Shown piece by piece: positions 11,521-22,510 of a DNA stretch of 64,000 nucleotides. Both the position numbers and the translations under genes were made by a program. The stretch comes from Eledone cirrhosa (taxonomy: Eukaryota). The notes beneath the pieces were generated by a model. It saw only the letters and a program-made list of their open reading frames with translations. It made no database searches and was not told where the DNA came from. Location: assembly GCA_964016885.1 (NCBI GenBank), contig OZ024742.1, forward strand, positions 225,866,001 to 225,930,000. The letters are read 5' to 3'. Each line of letters begins with the position of its first letter. The stretch's first letter is position 1.

Positions 11521-12504
11521 GTAAGTTGGTAATTTCTTCAGTGGTTAGTTTCCCTATCTAACAATTGGCTAGTTTTTTTTGGTATTCCTTTCAACTGCCC
11601 AGTTTGTATTCGTATTTCTAACAACCGACCAGTTTTTCTATATTGGTATTTTTAACACCTGGTCAGTTTCTCGGTTATTTCTAACACCTGGTCAGTTTCT
11701 CGGTTATTTCTAACAACTGACCAGTTTCTGTATTGGTATTTCTAACAACTGGAAAGCTACCATCTCTGTTTTGTTTTAGGTGGTTGTTTCATTGTAGATG
11801 ACAGAGTTGTTAGTGTCATGTTTTAGTAATATAACTAAATTTTTCATTATAAAACTGGTGTTTGGAACATAACTTAACAAAGGTCGTTCATAAAAGTATG
11901 ATGGAAAGCTTAAATTTAAATATGTACACTTGAAATAAACAGCTTTCTATCATAAAACTAGGGCCAGTTTCAAGTAGTTTGGAATGAAATGAGTTATTAT
12001 TTAATCCTTTCAATACCAACCTGCCTGAAACTGCCACTGGTTTTATGATACAAAACTGCCCATTTTAGAATGTTCATATTTATATTAAACCTACCATGAT
12101 AATTTCATTTAAAGAATTTTTATGTTGAAAACCATAGGCAGTGTCTTTCATTAGAAATATGATAATTAATGGAAGGGGTAAACTGTTTATATTTATCTAA
12201 AAAACCTCCATCATAATTATTTGTAAGAACCTTTGTTAAGTTACACTCCATAATAATGACAGTTATGATATTAAATTCTTCAAAAAGTTTGATTATTTTC
12301 AAAATGAAATGAAACATGCTGGCACTGTCTTTCATGAGATATATGATAATGAATGGGTTAAAATGTTTATATTTATCTAAAAACATTCCCATATAATTTC
12401 ATGCAAGAACTTTTATTATGCTATGTTCCAAACACCAGCTTAATAATGAGAAAGTTATATTACTAAACCTCACCAAATTCTTGATTATTTGAAAATCATA
12501 AGCT

Positions 12505-12820
12505 GTGTCAAGTATCACTCCAGGTAGAGCTGCTACGTTTCCAAATTGAGAGATAAAAGCTCCGATTCTACGGACATGTGATTAGAATGTCTCAGGAAAG
12601 AATCACTGGACAGATTTTACAGGCAAAACCTACTGGCAGGAGACCCAGGGGTAGACACTGAGCAAGATGGTTGGATAACATCCATGAACTGGGCTGGTCA
12701 CGCTTGGAGATCCAGCCGGATCAGTTGGAAACAGTTACTTCTGACAGGACCCACTGGAAGGAGTGTTTGGGGACTCTGCCGCCACGACCCTCTCAGGAAT
12801 AAGTGGGCGAAGAAGAAGAT
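12505..12820 (+). mobile_element. Degenerate 3' RT fragment of a second RTE-type (Rex3/Expander-like) LINE
   Basis: Reads LRFYGHVIRMSQERI...GRRPRGR in broken frames. Confidence 0.6.
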
Positions 12821-12904
12821 AAGCAGTGTCATTCATTTGAAATATGGTAAAGAAAGAGTTAAAATTGATTCAAGGAGACTTTTAAAAAACTTTTCTTTCT
12901 TTAG

Positions 12905-13062
12905 GTTCCAACTTTTTGATGGTTCTTACAAGGAAATTGTTGAATTACTGGAAAGTTGGGATCGTGTAAATTTGCAATCAAAATATCTATTGACTCCATC
13001 GGAGAAATCTGATGTTGAGGAGATTCCGATCCACTCGGCTAAGAAAACTTTCCGTGGAAAAG
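12905..13062 (+). CDS. HYDIN: HYDIN exon (FQLFDGSYKEIVELLESWDRVNLQ...KKTFRGK)
   Basis: ctttag / gtaagt, 158 nt, phase 2-1; WDR motif as I recall it from vertebrate HYDIN. Confidence 0.9.
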
Positions 13063-13387
13063 GTAAGTTGGAATGTCTCAGATTTATACAACATGGGAGA
13101 GAGAGAGGGGTAGCTGTGTGTGTGTGTGTATGTCTGTCTATGTATGTGTGCAGTCAGGAAAGCTATGTATGTATGTGTGTGTGTGTGTACACAAGAAAGA
13201 AGTTGGCTGTGTGTCTGGTTTAGAATAGGTACAAGGTACACTGTGTGTCGGAAGAAGTGACTAAAAGGGTTAGTGTCAGAAAGGGCATCCAGCTGTAAAG
13301 TATTGTCTCAAAAAGTTCTGTCCAACCTATGCTAGCATGGGAAAGTTAACGACGATGATGGTGATGTTGGTAGTGATATATATATAT

Positions 13388-14880
13388 ATCATCATTGTTT
13401 TTATGTCTATTTCCATTCTTGCATTACTCCATTCACTGTGTTCCTTCGTCATCTCCTCTGTAAGTCTCAGCAATTTGCGATCAGCTCTCACCACCTCTAT
13501 CCAGACCTTCCTGGGTCGACCTTGACTGTGACTTCCTTCCATTGAATTTCCTGGCACCTCTTCACCCAGCAATCATCATCCATGCACATCACATGTCTGT
13601 ACCAACTTTTAAGCCCAGTTTCTCCCTCAGCTCATCCAAGCTCTGCCTTTCTCTCACACTTACATTGCACATCGAACGAAATATGGTTGCTTCATTTCTT
13701 TCCAACCAATACATGTTCTCTGCAGTCACTGCCCATGTTTCACTACCATGCAGCATCGTACTTGGCACACAGGCATCATACAGTCATCCTTTTGTAGGTA
13801 GGGAGAAACCTTTTGTTATCAACAGTGGGAGTAGCTCTCTAAACTTCTTCCATCCTATCCTTATTTTAGCTATTATGCTCTCAGAGCACCCTCCTCTGAT
13901 GCTAATTAAGTCACATAGATAGTAGGAGTTATCAACCACTTCTATGTATCCTTCCTGTGATTGTAAAATGTTTATATCACTGATGCTCTTCCCCTTGATT
14001 ACCCCTGTGCATCTAGTACATGCAAAGATTTCCCTTCCTGTTTTTCTACCTGATATCCCAATATATCTCTTGTGTATCCAAGATTTACATTGTAAACATC
14101 ATATAGAGTTTATGCCTACTCTTTTTCTACATATTGAGTAGGACCACTTCTCTGGGGGAATCAGGGTCATATCTTATTTCCCATTTACTAGCACTTTAGT
14201 TTTGGCTAAGTTTACTCAAAAACCTTTTGATTCCAACTTCTGTTTCCATAGTAGGAACTTATTCTGTAGTTCTTTTATGGATTCAGCTATAAAGATCAGA
14301 TCATCTGTATAAAGAAGTTCTCATGGACAACTAGTCAAAAAACTCTGTTATAGCCTGGAGAACTACGATGAATAGCAGTGGGCTAATAACCAAACCCTGA
14401 TGAACTCCTACCTGTACCTTGAATTCTTCACTAAATTCACTTCCTACTCTCACTTTACTGATAGCTCCTCTGTACACATCTTACATTACTCTCACAAGCC
14501 ATTTTTCTACACTTAATTTTATTTAGGACCACCAGATAATAGATCAATATAGTCTGTCCAATGCCTTTTCTAAAAGTTAAATATAGTGGCTTATTCTTGG
14601 CTAGGAACTTCTCTTGTAGTTACCTCACCGGCATGAAACCAAACTGCTTCTTGTCTAATCTTTCCCTAATTAGCTATGCTATAACTATTTCCGTCATTTT
14701 CATAACTTGGTCCATTAGTTTTATTCCTCTATAGTTACTCCTTTCTAGAGCATCACCTTTGCCCTTGCAGCAATTTATCATTATACTGCTGCGGGTTACT
14801 AATTCAACTCCTACTTCTCCCAATGCTTTAAGCATCTCAGCAACTATCTCTGATGGTCCCACAGCTTCACCATTCTTCAT
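13388..14880 (-). mobile_element. Old degenerate RTE LINE, 5'-truncated
   Basis: ORFs 14674..14880 (NYRGIKLMDQVMK) and 13327..13572 (GRPRKVW); many stops. Confidence 0.9.
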
Positions 14881-15002
14881 ACTATATATATATAATATTG
14901 GATATGAATAAAGTTCTAGCTGCCATATAGCAGGTACTAATCGATTGTTGAGGCAATCAGTTTATATATATATATATATATATACATATACATACATATA
15001 TA

Positions 15003-16033
15003 CACAGGATACTAGCTCCTTCTATTGCCCAGATGGTTCTATAGAAATAGTAGATACCTTCCGTTACCTGGGTGACAAAATCAACAGTGGTGGAGGGTGC
15101 TCTGAAAGTACAGTATCCAGAGTCAGAACTGGATGGAAAAAGTTCAGAGAACTTATACCACTATTAGCCACTAAAGGTTTCTCTCTAAAAATGAAAGGCA
15201 GGCTGTATGATGCCTGCATACGAACGAACAGCAATGTTACATGGCAGTGAGACATGGGCATTGTGTGCAGAGGATCTGCGCAGACTGGAGAGGAACGAAG
15301 CTTGAATGCTCCGTTGGATGTGTAATAGTAATATACGTGAACGGCAAAACATAAATGAACTAAGTGAGAAATTAGGAATAAGAGGGATCAGATACTGTTT
15401 ACTTGAGAGAAGACTACGTTGGTATGGCCACGTGATGCGCATGAAAGACGACAGCTGTATAAAAAAGTGCAGGGCGATCAAAATTGATGGAAGTTACGGA
15501 GTAGGCAGACCCAGAAAAACCAGGGACGATTTGATAAATTCCGACCTTACACACTTACACCTCTCTAAGACAATGTCACTAGACTGAGATATTTGGTGCC
15601 ACGCAGTAATACAGAAAACCCGCCTTCCCTATGTGCAAAGTTGACCTACAGTCAGTAGGTCCCTCCAAACCAATTATACACCCCAACCCACTACCCCTAC
15701 TCCATCCTCCCACTCCCACCAACACCACCCTTTCTCTGTAAAGTTATGTTGGTGCCACAACATCCAGTCAGCACTAAAAAGATTGTGTAGATGTCACGAC
15801 AAAAAACACCCAGTCCACGCTGTAATGTGGTCGTGTAGGTAACGGTAAAAAGCTCCCAGTCCACACTGTAAATATGGTTGGTGTTAGAGGAAGGGCATCC
15901 AACCGTAGAAAACCTGCCAGATAGTCCTATACGAGTAAGACATTGTCACCCGATCAATCTTGCCTCAAGTGGGACAATTCTCGTCTAGCCATGCTAGCGT
16001 GGAAGATAGACGTTAAACGATGATGATGATGAT
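15003..16033 (+). mobile_element. 5'-truncated RTE LINE with (GAT)n tail
   Basis: FRYLGDKI..GGCSES, RLRWYGHVMRM; same family as 5600-9176. Confidence 0.95.
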
Positions 16034-16084
16034 ATATATAGAAGTAGTTCTACAACAGTTAGTTAACCATACTGAGAACAAATG

Positions 16085-16117
<33 letters not shown>

Positions 16118-16120
<3 letters not shown>

Positions 16121-17688
16121 GGAAGGTCATATTTGTGTAATAGTATTGCCAGAATTAATAACAGAACACACTCACTGTTTGGTTGGTTTTCGCTTCTGTG
16201 TCTTTTATATCGGTTAATTTAATTTATTCGGTCCTCAATGTTGCCATTGCTGACCAACGGTCAAAACTTCAGCAATGTCCAGTAGTGCTAAGTTTAATAT
16301 TCTGATCGCAGACTTGGTACGAGTGATGAAGAACGTGTCCCGCATGTGCGACCCAACAGAAATGGAAAGACACATCCAACACTTCATCAACCGCATGCAG
16401 TTCTCTGGCTACAACCAAAGAGACAGAATTAGAGTATACGAAGGAGCCACGGAGAAGTATAAGACCCTCATAGAACTGGACATGAAAGGAATTTGCCCAT
16501 TATACAGGAGCAAATCATGGAATAGCTTAGCTAGGACTAGACATAAGATAGGGAAAGCCACCTCATGGTACGACAACCAGAGATACTAGAGTGTCATGTT
16601 TGTGGACACTACCCCTGGAGGGAAATTAGCTAACCAGTGTAGAAAGGCCCTGAGAAAGACCCACTTAAAGGTTAAGGTGGTATAAAAGCCAGGAACCACC
16701 ATAAAATCCCTGATCAGCAAAACCTACCCTTTTAAGAAAACCCACTGTACTAATAGGAAATGTATCATATGTAGAGTAAACCCCCGGATAAACTGTAAAA
16801 CTAGAAACGTAGTCTATAGCATAAGATGTACACAGGGTACTTGCAGAAACATGACAACAACATATATAGGCGAGACAGCTCGTAGCATAGGTGAAAGGAT
16901 AGACCAACACTGGGGGGAACTAAAAGGACGAAAAAACGGTTCAGTACTATACGAACATGGCAGACAACAACACAACGGTAACATAGACAGCATAGAAGTT
17001 AGAATAATATCTAAGCATAGAAATGACCCAGCAGATAGGCAAATCAGAGAGGCCAGCGTAATAGAACTTAGAAGGCCAAGGCTAAACAGAAAAAATGAAT
17101 GGAATAACAACAACACCCAAATAAACAACACTGACCTAAGAGAAGTATAAATAAATAAATAAATAAATACATACACAAGCACAATAACAACAAACACATA
17201 TAAACACACACTAGTAAACTAAGATAGAATACATTAACCAATACACAGTCACCCAAACAAGAACACACATCAAACAAAACACTATACACACACGCAAACG
17301 CATGCGCAGAGAAGACAAAAAAATAAAAAAATAAAAAAATAAATAAACAGACTAAATAAAGATGACGTAAGCATACAATGCAATGGGAGGAAACATAATA
17401 GCACCACTGACGATGTTGCAGATGTGCAATGAAAGAACTTTGATAGACTATATGTATGTGTTTGTGTCTATATTGTATCTGTATTTTTGACCATTGGTCA
17501 GTCAATGGCAACATTGAGGACCGAATAAATTAAATTAACCGATATAAAAGACACAGAAGCGAAAACCAACCAAACAGTGAGTGTGTTCTGTTATTAATTC
17601 TGGCAATACTATTACACAAATATGACCCTCCCCAAGTATAACAATATTTGTTTCGACACATGATTTCATATCAAAAACCTCGCAAAAC
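16118..17688 (+). mobile_element. 5'-truncated Penelope-like element: RT thumb/linker, GIY-YIG endonuclease, 3' pLTR, inverted partial pLTR at 5' end
   Basis: Reading through TAG and TAA stops from 16275 to 17150: FVDTTPGGKL, HC..KCIIC..C, VVYSIRC..C..YIGETARS..R..H, IREA, LNRKNEW; 16118-16257 inverted versus about 17495-17633; (TA)n both sides. Confidence 0.92.
17398..17451 (+). ncRNA. Hammerhead-like motif in the PLE pLTR
   Basis: CUGACGA U GUUGCA-GAUG-UGCAAU GAAA G-AA-C UU; core and stem II clear, stems I and III weak. Confidence 0.5.
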
Positions 17689-17817
17689 TATATATATATA
17701 TATATATATATAGTGTATGTATGTGTATGTATGTATGTATGTATGTATGTGTATGTATATATGTATGTTTATATATATGTGTATATGTATATATATATGT
17801 ATATGTATATATATATA

Positions 17818-18330
17818 TCACAAATGACATCGTATACAAATGCGATGTCATCTCAGGCACCGAGGATTGCAAAAAAACTTACATCGGCATGACCTCCAAC
17901 AACTTTAAGACCCGTTGGTATGCCCATACCCACTCCTTCAGAAGACCGGATAAATCAAATCAGACAACACTCGCCTCCTACGTTTGGGACCTCAAAAGGA
18001 ACTCCACCCCCTTCACGCTTAAATGGAAAATACTCCAGAAAGCGCGCTCTTACAACGGAGGACACAAGGGCTGCGACCTTTGTATTTCAGAGAGCTACGA
18101 AATTTTATTCGCCAAGGGCACGGTACTGAACAAACTCTGAACACTGCCCGAACTGCATGCACAAGAACTTTGCAACTTTCAAACACTTTAAGCCAGTGTT
18201 AAAGCCCGATGGCTAAAAACGACCTCCCCCTATTGGCCCCTATACCTCCTCCCCACCCTACCCCCACCCCTCCTCAACCTGAAATACGGCCACTATGGTT
18301 ATGTGAGTACCTCTTTCGTATCTACATTTT
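17818..18330 (+). mobile_element. PLE GIY-YIG endonuclease 3' fragment (second family)
   Basis: IVYKCDV..YIGMTSNNFKTRWYAH..SF..TTLASYVWDLK..LKWKIL..CDLC..E..LNK. Confidence 0.85.
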
Positions 18331-18399
18331 CTGCCTGTAGAGGTGTTTTTATGTGCCTGCGTATATGCGTATATTTATTGAGTACCTATTTATTTGTAT

Positions 18400-18682
18400 G
18401 TGTATTTATTTGTTTGTATGTGTGTATATGTATGTGTATGTGTATATATATATATATATGTTTGTGTGTATATGTGTTTTATGTGTGTATATTTATGTAT
18501 GTATATGTATGTATATATGTGTATATATATGTGTATATATATATCTATATATATATATGTGTATATATGTGTATGTATGTGTATGTATGTATGTATGTAT
18601 GTATGTATGTATGTATGTATGTATGTATGTATGTATGTGTATGTGTATGTATATATGTATGTTTATATATATGTATATGTAT

Positions 18683-18730
<48 letters not shown>

Positions 18731-18803
18731 GTGTGTGTGTGTGTATGTGTGTGTGTGTGTGTGTGTATGTGTGTGTGTGTATATATATATGTGTGTGTAT
18801 ATG

Positions 18804-18894
<91 letters not shown>

Positions 18895-18951
18895 GTGCGT
18901 GAGAGAGTGTGTATATATATTTGTGTGTGTGTGTGTGTATGTGTGTATGCG

Positions 18952-18984
<33 letters not shown>

Positions 18985-19069
18985 GTGTATATATGCGTTA
19001 TATGTCTGTATATATATGTGTATATTTATGTATAGGTCTGTGTATGTATGTGTATATTTGTATATATAT

Positions 19070-19104
<35 letters not shown>
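18400..19104. repeat. Compound (TA)/(TG)/(TATG) microsatellite tract
   Basis: Direct inspection; similar tracts at 1-450, 680-880, 4043-4124, 20730-20924, 29860-29936, 34700-34770. Confidence 0.95.
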
Positions 19105-19106
<2 letters not shown>

Positions 19107-19109
19107 GTA

Positions 19110-19992
19110 TAAAATCAATACAATATTATTACCTCATTACCAGAGGTTTCCCGAATGAGGCGAATATGAAATAAACGACTTCATTCGTTCGTCAGACGAG
19201 GCAATATAAAACATGGGCAAATACTTAGAAAAACACATCAAGAAAATCAAAAAAAATATATAGATAAATGAAATAGAAATTGAAATATATAAAAATCTAT
19301 CAAGAAAAATAGTTAGGTGTGTGTATGTGTATGTATATACGCTCATAGATGTGCACGTGTAAATGTATGGTTAGAAAGTGTGCATAATTATAAAAATAAA
19401 AATTTAGGGCAAATGTATCTATATGTCTGTATTATGCAGACGGAAATGGTTACTTCGTAAAAATAAGAAAATAAAGTCGCGCGCATAAAAACGCCTGGAC
19501 ATTCGTACACTTAGATGCGGAAAGAAAGGAGATGAAGAGAGTATAATAAATAAAAGAAAAGTATCTATTACGATATATTTATAAAAATATAGTAACGATA
19601 AATTAGAAAGACAAGATAGAAAGAAAAAATTAAAGAAAACAAAAAAAGCGGGGGTACATACATACACAGACACGCGTGTCTCACAAAAGAAATGTAAAAA
19701 TAATTATGCTTATATACACACGCCCGCTTACACTTCCATACGTTCGATACGTACATACACACACACACACACACATACTTATACTCGCGCATATAAACCT
19801 GTTTGCATGCCCATGTATGAAACTGGGTAAATAACAAAAGAGGGAAGGGGGGGGGGGGAGAGGAAAAAAGAAACAAAAAAATATAAAACCGAAATGTCAA
19901 AAACACGGATATAAAGACACTTACACATACGCATAATATACACACACGCACACACACAAACACCAGTACACACACGCATACATACACGTACG

Positions 19993-20024
<32 letters not shown>

Positions 20025-20725
20025 CATGCACGCACGCGCGCGCACATACGTAGTCACTCATGTACATATATAAAAAAAGTATACACACATTAAGGCGTTC
20101 AGCCATATTGAAATGTGGATAAATAAATACAAATATAAAATTGTAAGATAGGCTGCGCAAAAATAAAATAAAAATAAAAATGAAAAATATATCTGGATTG
20201 AAAAACACAAAAGACAAGTATAATCAGTTAGTAGAGGAAAAAGGGAAGTAAAAGAAGGGGAAGTAAAAAATAGAAAATTGGAAGTGGATCAGAGAATAAA
20301 GGGGGGGGGGGGGGAAGTAAAAATAAATAAAAAATAAATAAAAAAATAAATAAAAGTGAAAATAAATGAAATTATCGACAAGGATAAGAATGAAAGTAAG
20401 TCAGAAAGGGTAATTAAAAAGAGAATAATCAGAGTTTATGGAGGATAAGTGTCTGAAAGTGTGTTAAGTTTATATGAGCTGGAAAGCAGGTGTGATTTCA
20501 TGTGTGGGCAACTGGTAAAAATTTCCGTCTTTGTGTTCAGGCAGGTCTTTGGTGATTTGAGATTTTGCAATATCCAAAATTTTTCATTTATGCAGAGCGT
20601 GCATTTTCTTGTTCCTCTAGCATATTTTTTAGATTGGTTCAAAATTGACCAATCTAGTTTATATTGGATGCCTTGGTCTTTCAAATCCCAGATTCTGCTA
20701 GCCAGAGCTGTTGTAAATCTCTTTA
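19110..20725 (-). mobile_element. PLE 3' portion (third family): GIY-YIG C-terminus, simple-repeat-rich 3' region, terminal hammerhead
   Basis: ORF 20436..20684: LDWSILNQSKKY..CTLCINEKFWIL..LNTKTEIFTSCPH; hammerhead about 1.2 kb downstream on the same strand; linkage of the two is inferred. Confidence 0.75.
19132..19201 (-). ncRNA. Type I hammerhead ribozyme
   Basis: Minus: CCUCGU CUGACGA aCGAAUGA...UCAUUCGg GAAAC C-UCU-G GUA AUGAGG. Confidence 0.85.
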
Positions 20726-20821
20726 CATTTATACATATGCATGTGTATGTGTGTGTGTGTGTGTGTATATATATGTGTATATGTGTGTGCGTGTGTATAT
20801 ATATGTGTGTGTATATGTATG

Positions 20822-20856
<35 letters not shown>

Positions 20857-20891
20857 GTGTGTGTATGTGTATATATGTGTGTGTGTATGTA

Positions 20892-20925
<34 letters not shown>

Positions 20926-21147
20926 CAATTAAGTTAAAAATGTACATCCACATATGTATACTGAAATACTAGTATGCATATGAATACACACACGTGTACA
21001 TATGTAGATGTACCGAGTTTTTCACTGGTCACTTTACTGTGAGTGTCCAGCTATTCTGTATGTAAACACACAGACAAACCGGTTTTTAGAGTCATACTGG
21101 TTTTTGAGGAAACACCTTTCCTCTATTCTCCAGAAAGCCAGACAAGG

Positions 21148-21192
21148 AATATTGGACTAGTTTCGATGTTGTTACATCTCATCAGCAATATT
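21148..21192 (-). ncRNA. Minimal type I hammerhead, unit 1
   Basis: Minus: AAUAUUG CUGAUGA GAUG-UAACAA-CAUC GAAAC UA GUC CAAUAUU; perfect core, 7-bp stem I, palindromic ACUAGU stem III. Confidence 0.92.
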
Positions 21193-21613
21193 TACCTATC
21201 TTCCGGCCTTTCTAAAGAATCGTGAAAGCACATATCGTTATATGCTTTTTCTATGAAAATTAGTAGTGGGCAGACCAATTTGCATAGAGCGTGAGTACGT
21301 ACCGGTTCAACGGAGACGATAAAAACAAATAACGAAACGAAATTAAATTTCGTTTCGTTTGTAACTCACTTTTGTATGACTGACGCTTAAACAATTAAGT
21401 TAAAAATGTACATCCACATATGTATACTGAAATACTAGTATGCATATGAATACACACACGTGTACATATGTAGATGTACCGAGTTTTTCACTGGTCACTT
21501 TACTGTGAGTGTCCAGCTATTCTGTATGTAAACACACAGACAAACCGGTTTTTAGAGTCATACTGGTTTTTGAGGAAACACCTTTCCTCTATTCTCCAGA
21601 AAGCCAGACAAGG

Positions 21614-21658
21614 AATATTGGACTAGTTTCGATGTTGTTACATCTCATCAGCAATATT
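21614..21658 (-). ncRNA. Minimal type I hammerhead, unit 2
   Basis: Identical to unit 1, +466. Confidence 0.92.
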
Positions 21659-22079
21659 TACCTATCTTCCGGCCTTTCTAAAGAATCGTGAAAGCACATA
21701 TCGTTATATGCTTTTTCTATGAAAATTAGTAGTGGGCAGACCAATTTGCATAGAGCGTGAGTACGTACCGGTTCAACGGAGACGATAAAAACAAATAACG
21801 AAACGAAATTAAATTTCGTTTCGTTTGTAACTCACTTTTGTATGACTGACGCTTAAACAATTAAGTTAAAAATGTACATCCACATATGTATACTGAAATA
21901 CTAGTATGCATATGAATACACACACGTGTACATATGTAGATGTACCGAGTTTTTCACTGGTCACTTTACTGTGAGTGTCCAGCTATTCTGTATGTAAACA
22001 CACAGACAAACCGGTTTTTAGAGTCATACTGGTTTTTGAGGAAACACCTTTCCTCTATTCTCCAGAAAGCCAGACAAGG

Positions 22080-22124
22080 AATATTGGACTAGTTTCGATG
22101 TTGTTACATCTCATCAGCAATATT
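22080..22124 (-). ncRNA. Minimal type I hammerhead, unit 3
   Basis: Identical to unit 1, +932. Confidence 0.92.
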
Positions 22125-22510
22125 TACCTATCTTCCGGCCTTTCTAAAGAATCGTGAAAGCACATATCGTTATATGCTTTTTCTATGAAAATTAGTAGTG
22201 GGCAGACCAATTTGCATAGAGTGTGAGTACGTACCGGTTCAACGGAGACGATAAAAACAAATAACGAAACGAAATTAAATTTCGTTTCGTTTGTAACTCA
22301 CTTTTGTATGACTGACGCTTAAACAATTAAGTTAAAAATGTATACTAGTATTTCAGTATACATATGTGGATGTACATTTTTAACTTAATTGTTTAAGCGT
22401 CAGTCATACAAAAGTGAGTTACAAACGAAACAAAATTTAATTTTGTTTCGTTATTTGTTTTTATCGTCTCCGTTGAACCGGTACGTACTCACGCTCTATG
22501 CAAATTGGTC

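Noticed and set aside
12684-13223. 179-aa ORF as a single-exon gene (likewise 4101, 52409, 53475)
   Set aside because: Only the portion between AG and GT sites is HYDIN-like; the rest is intronic read-through.
16587-16686. Selenocysteine read-through in the Naiad-like PLE ORF
   Set aside because: The interrupting stops are TAG and TAA, not TGA, and the linker cysteines are normal codons; these are decay mutations.
21043-22157. Three identical 60-aa ORFs
   Set aside because: GTG-start frames within the 466-bp unit, antisense to the hammerheads, with no recognisable motif.
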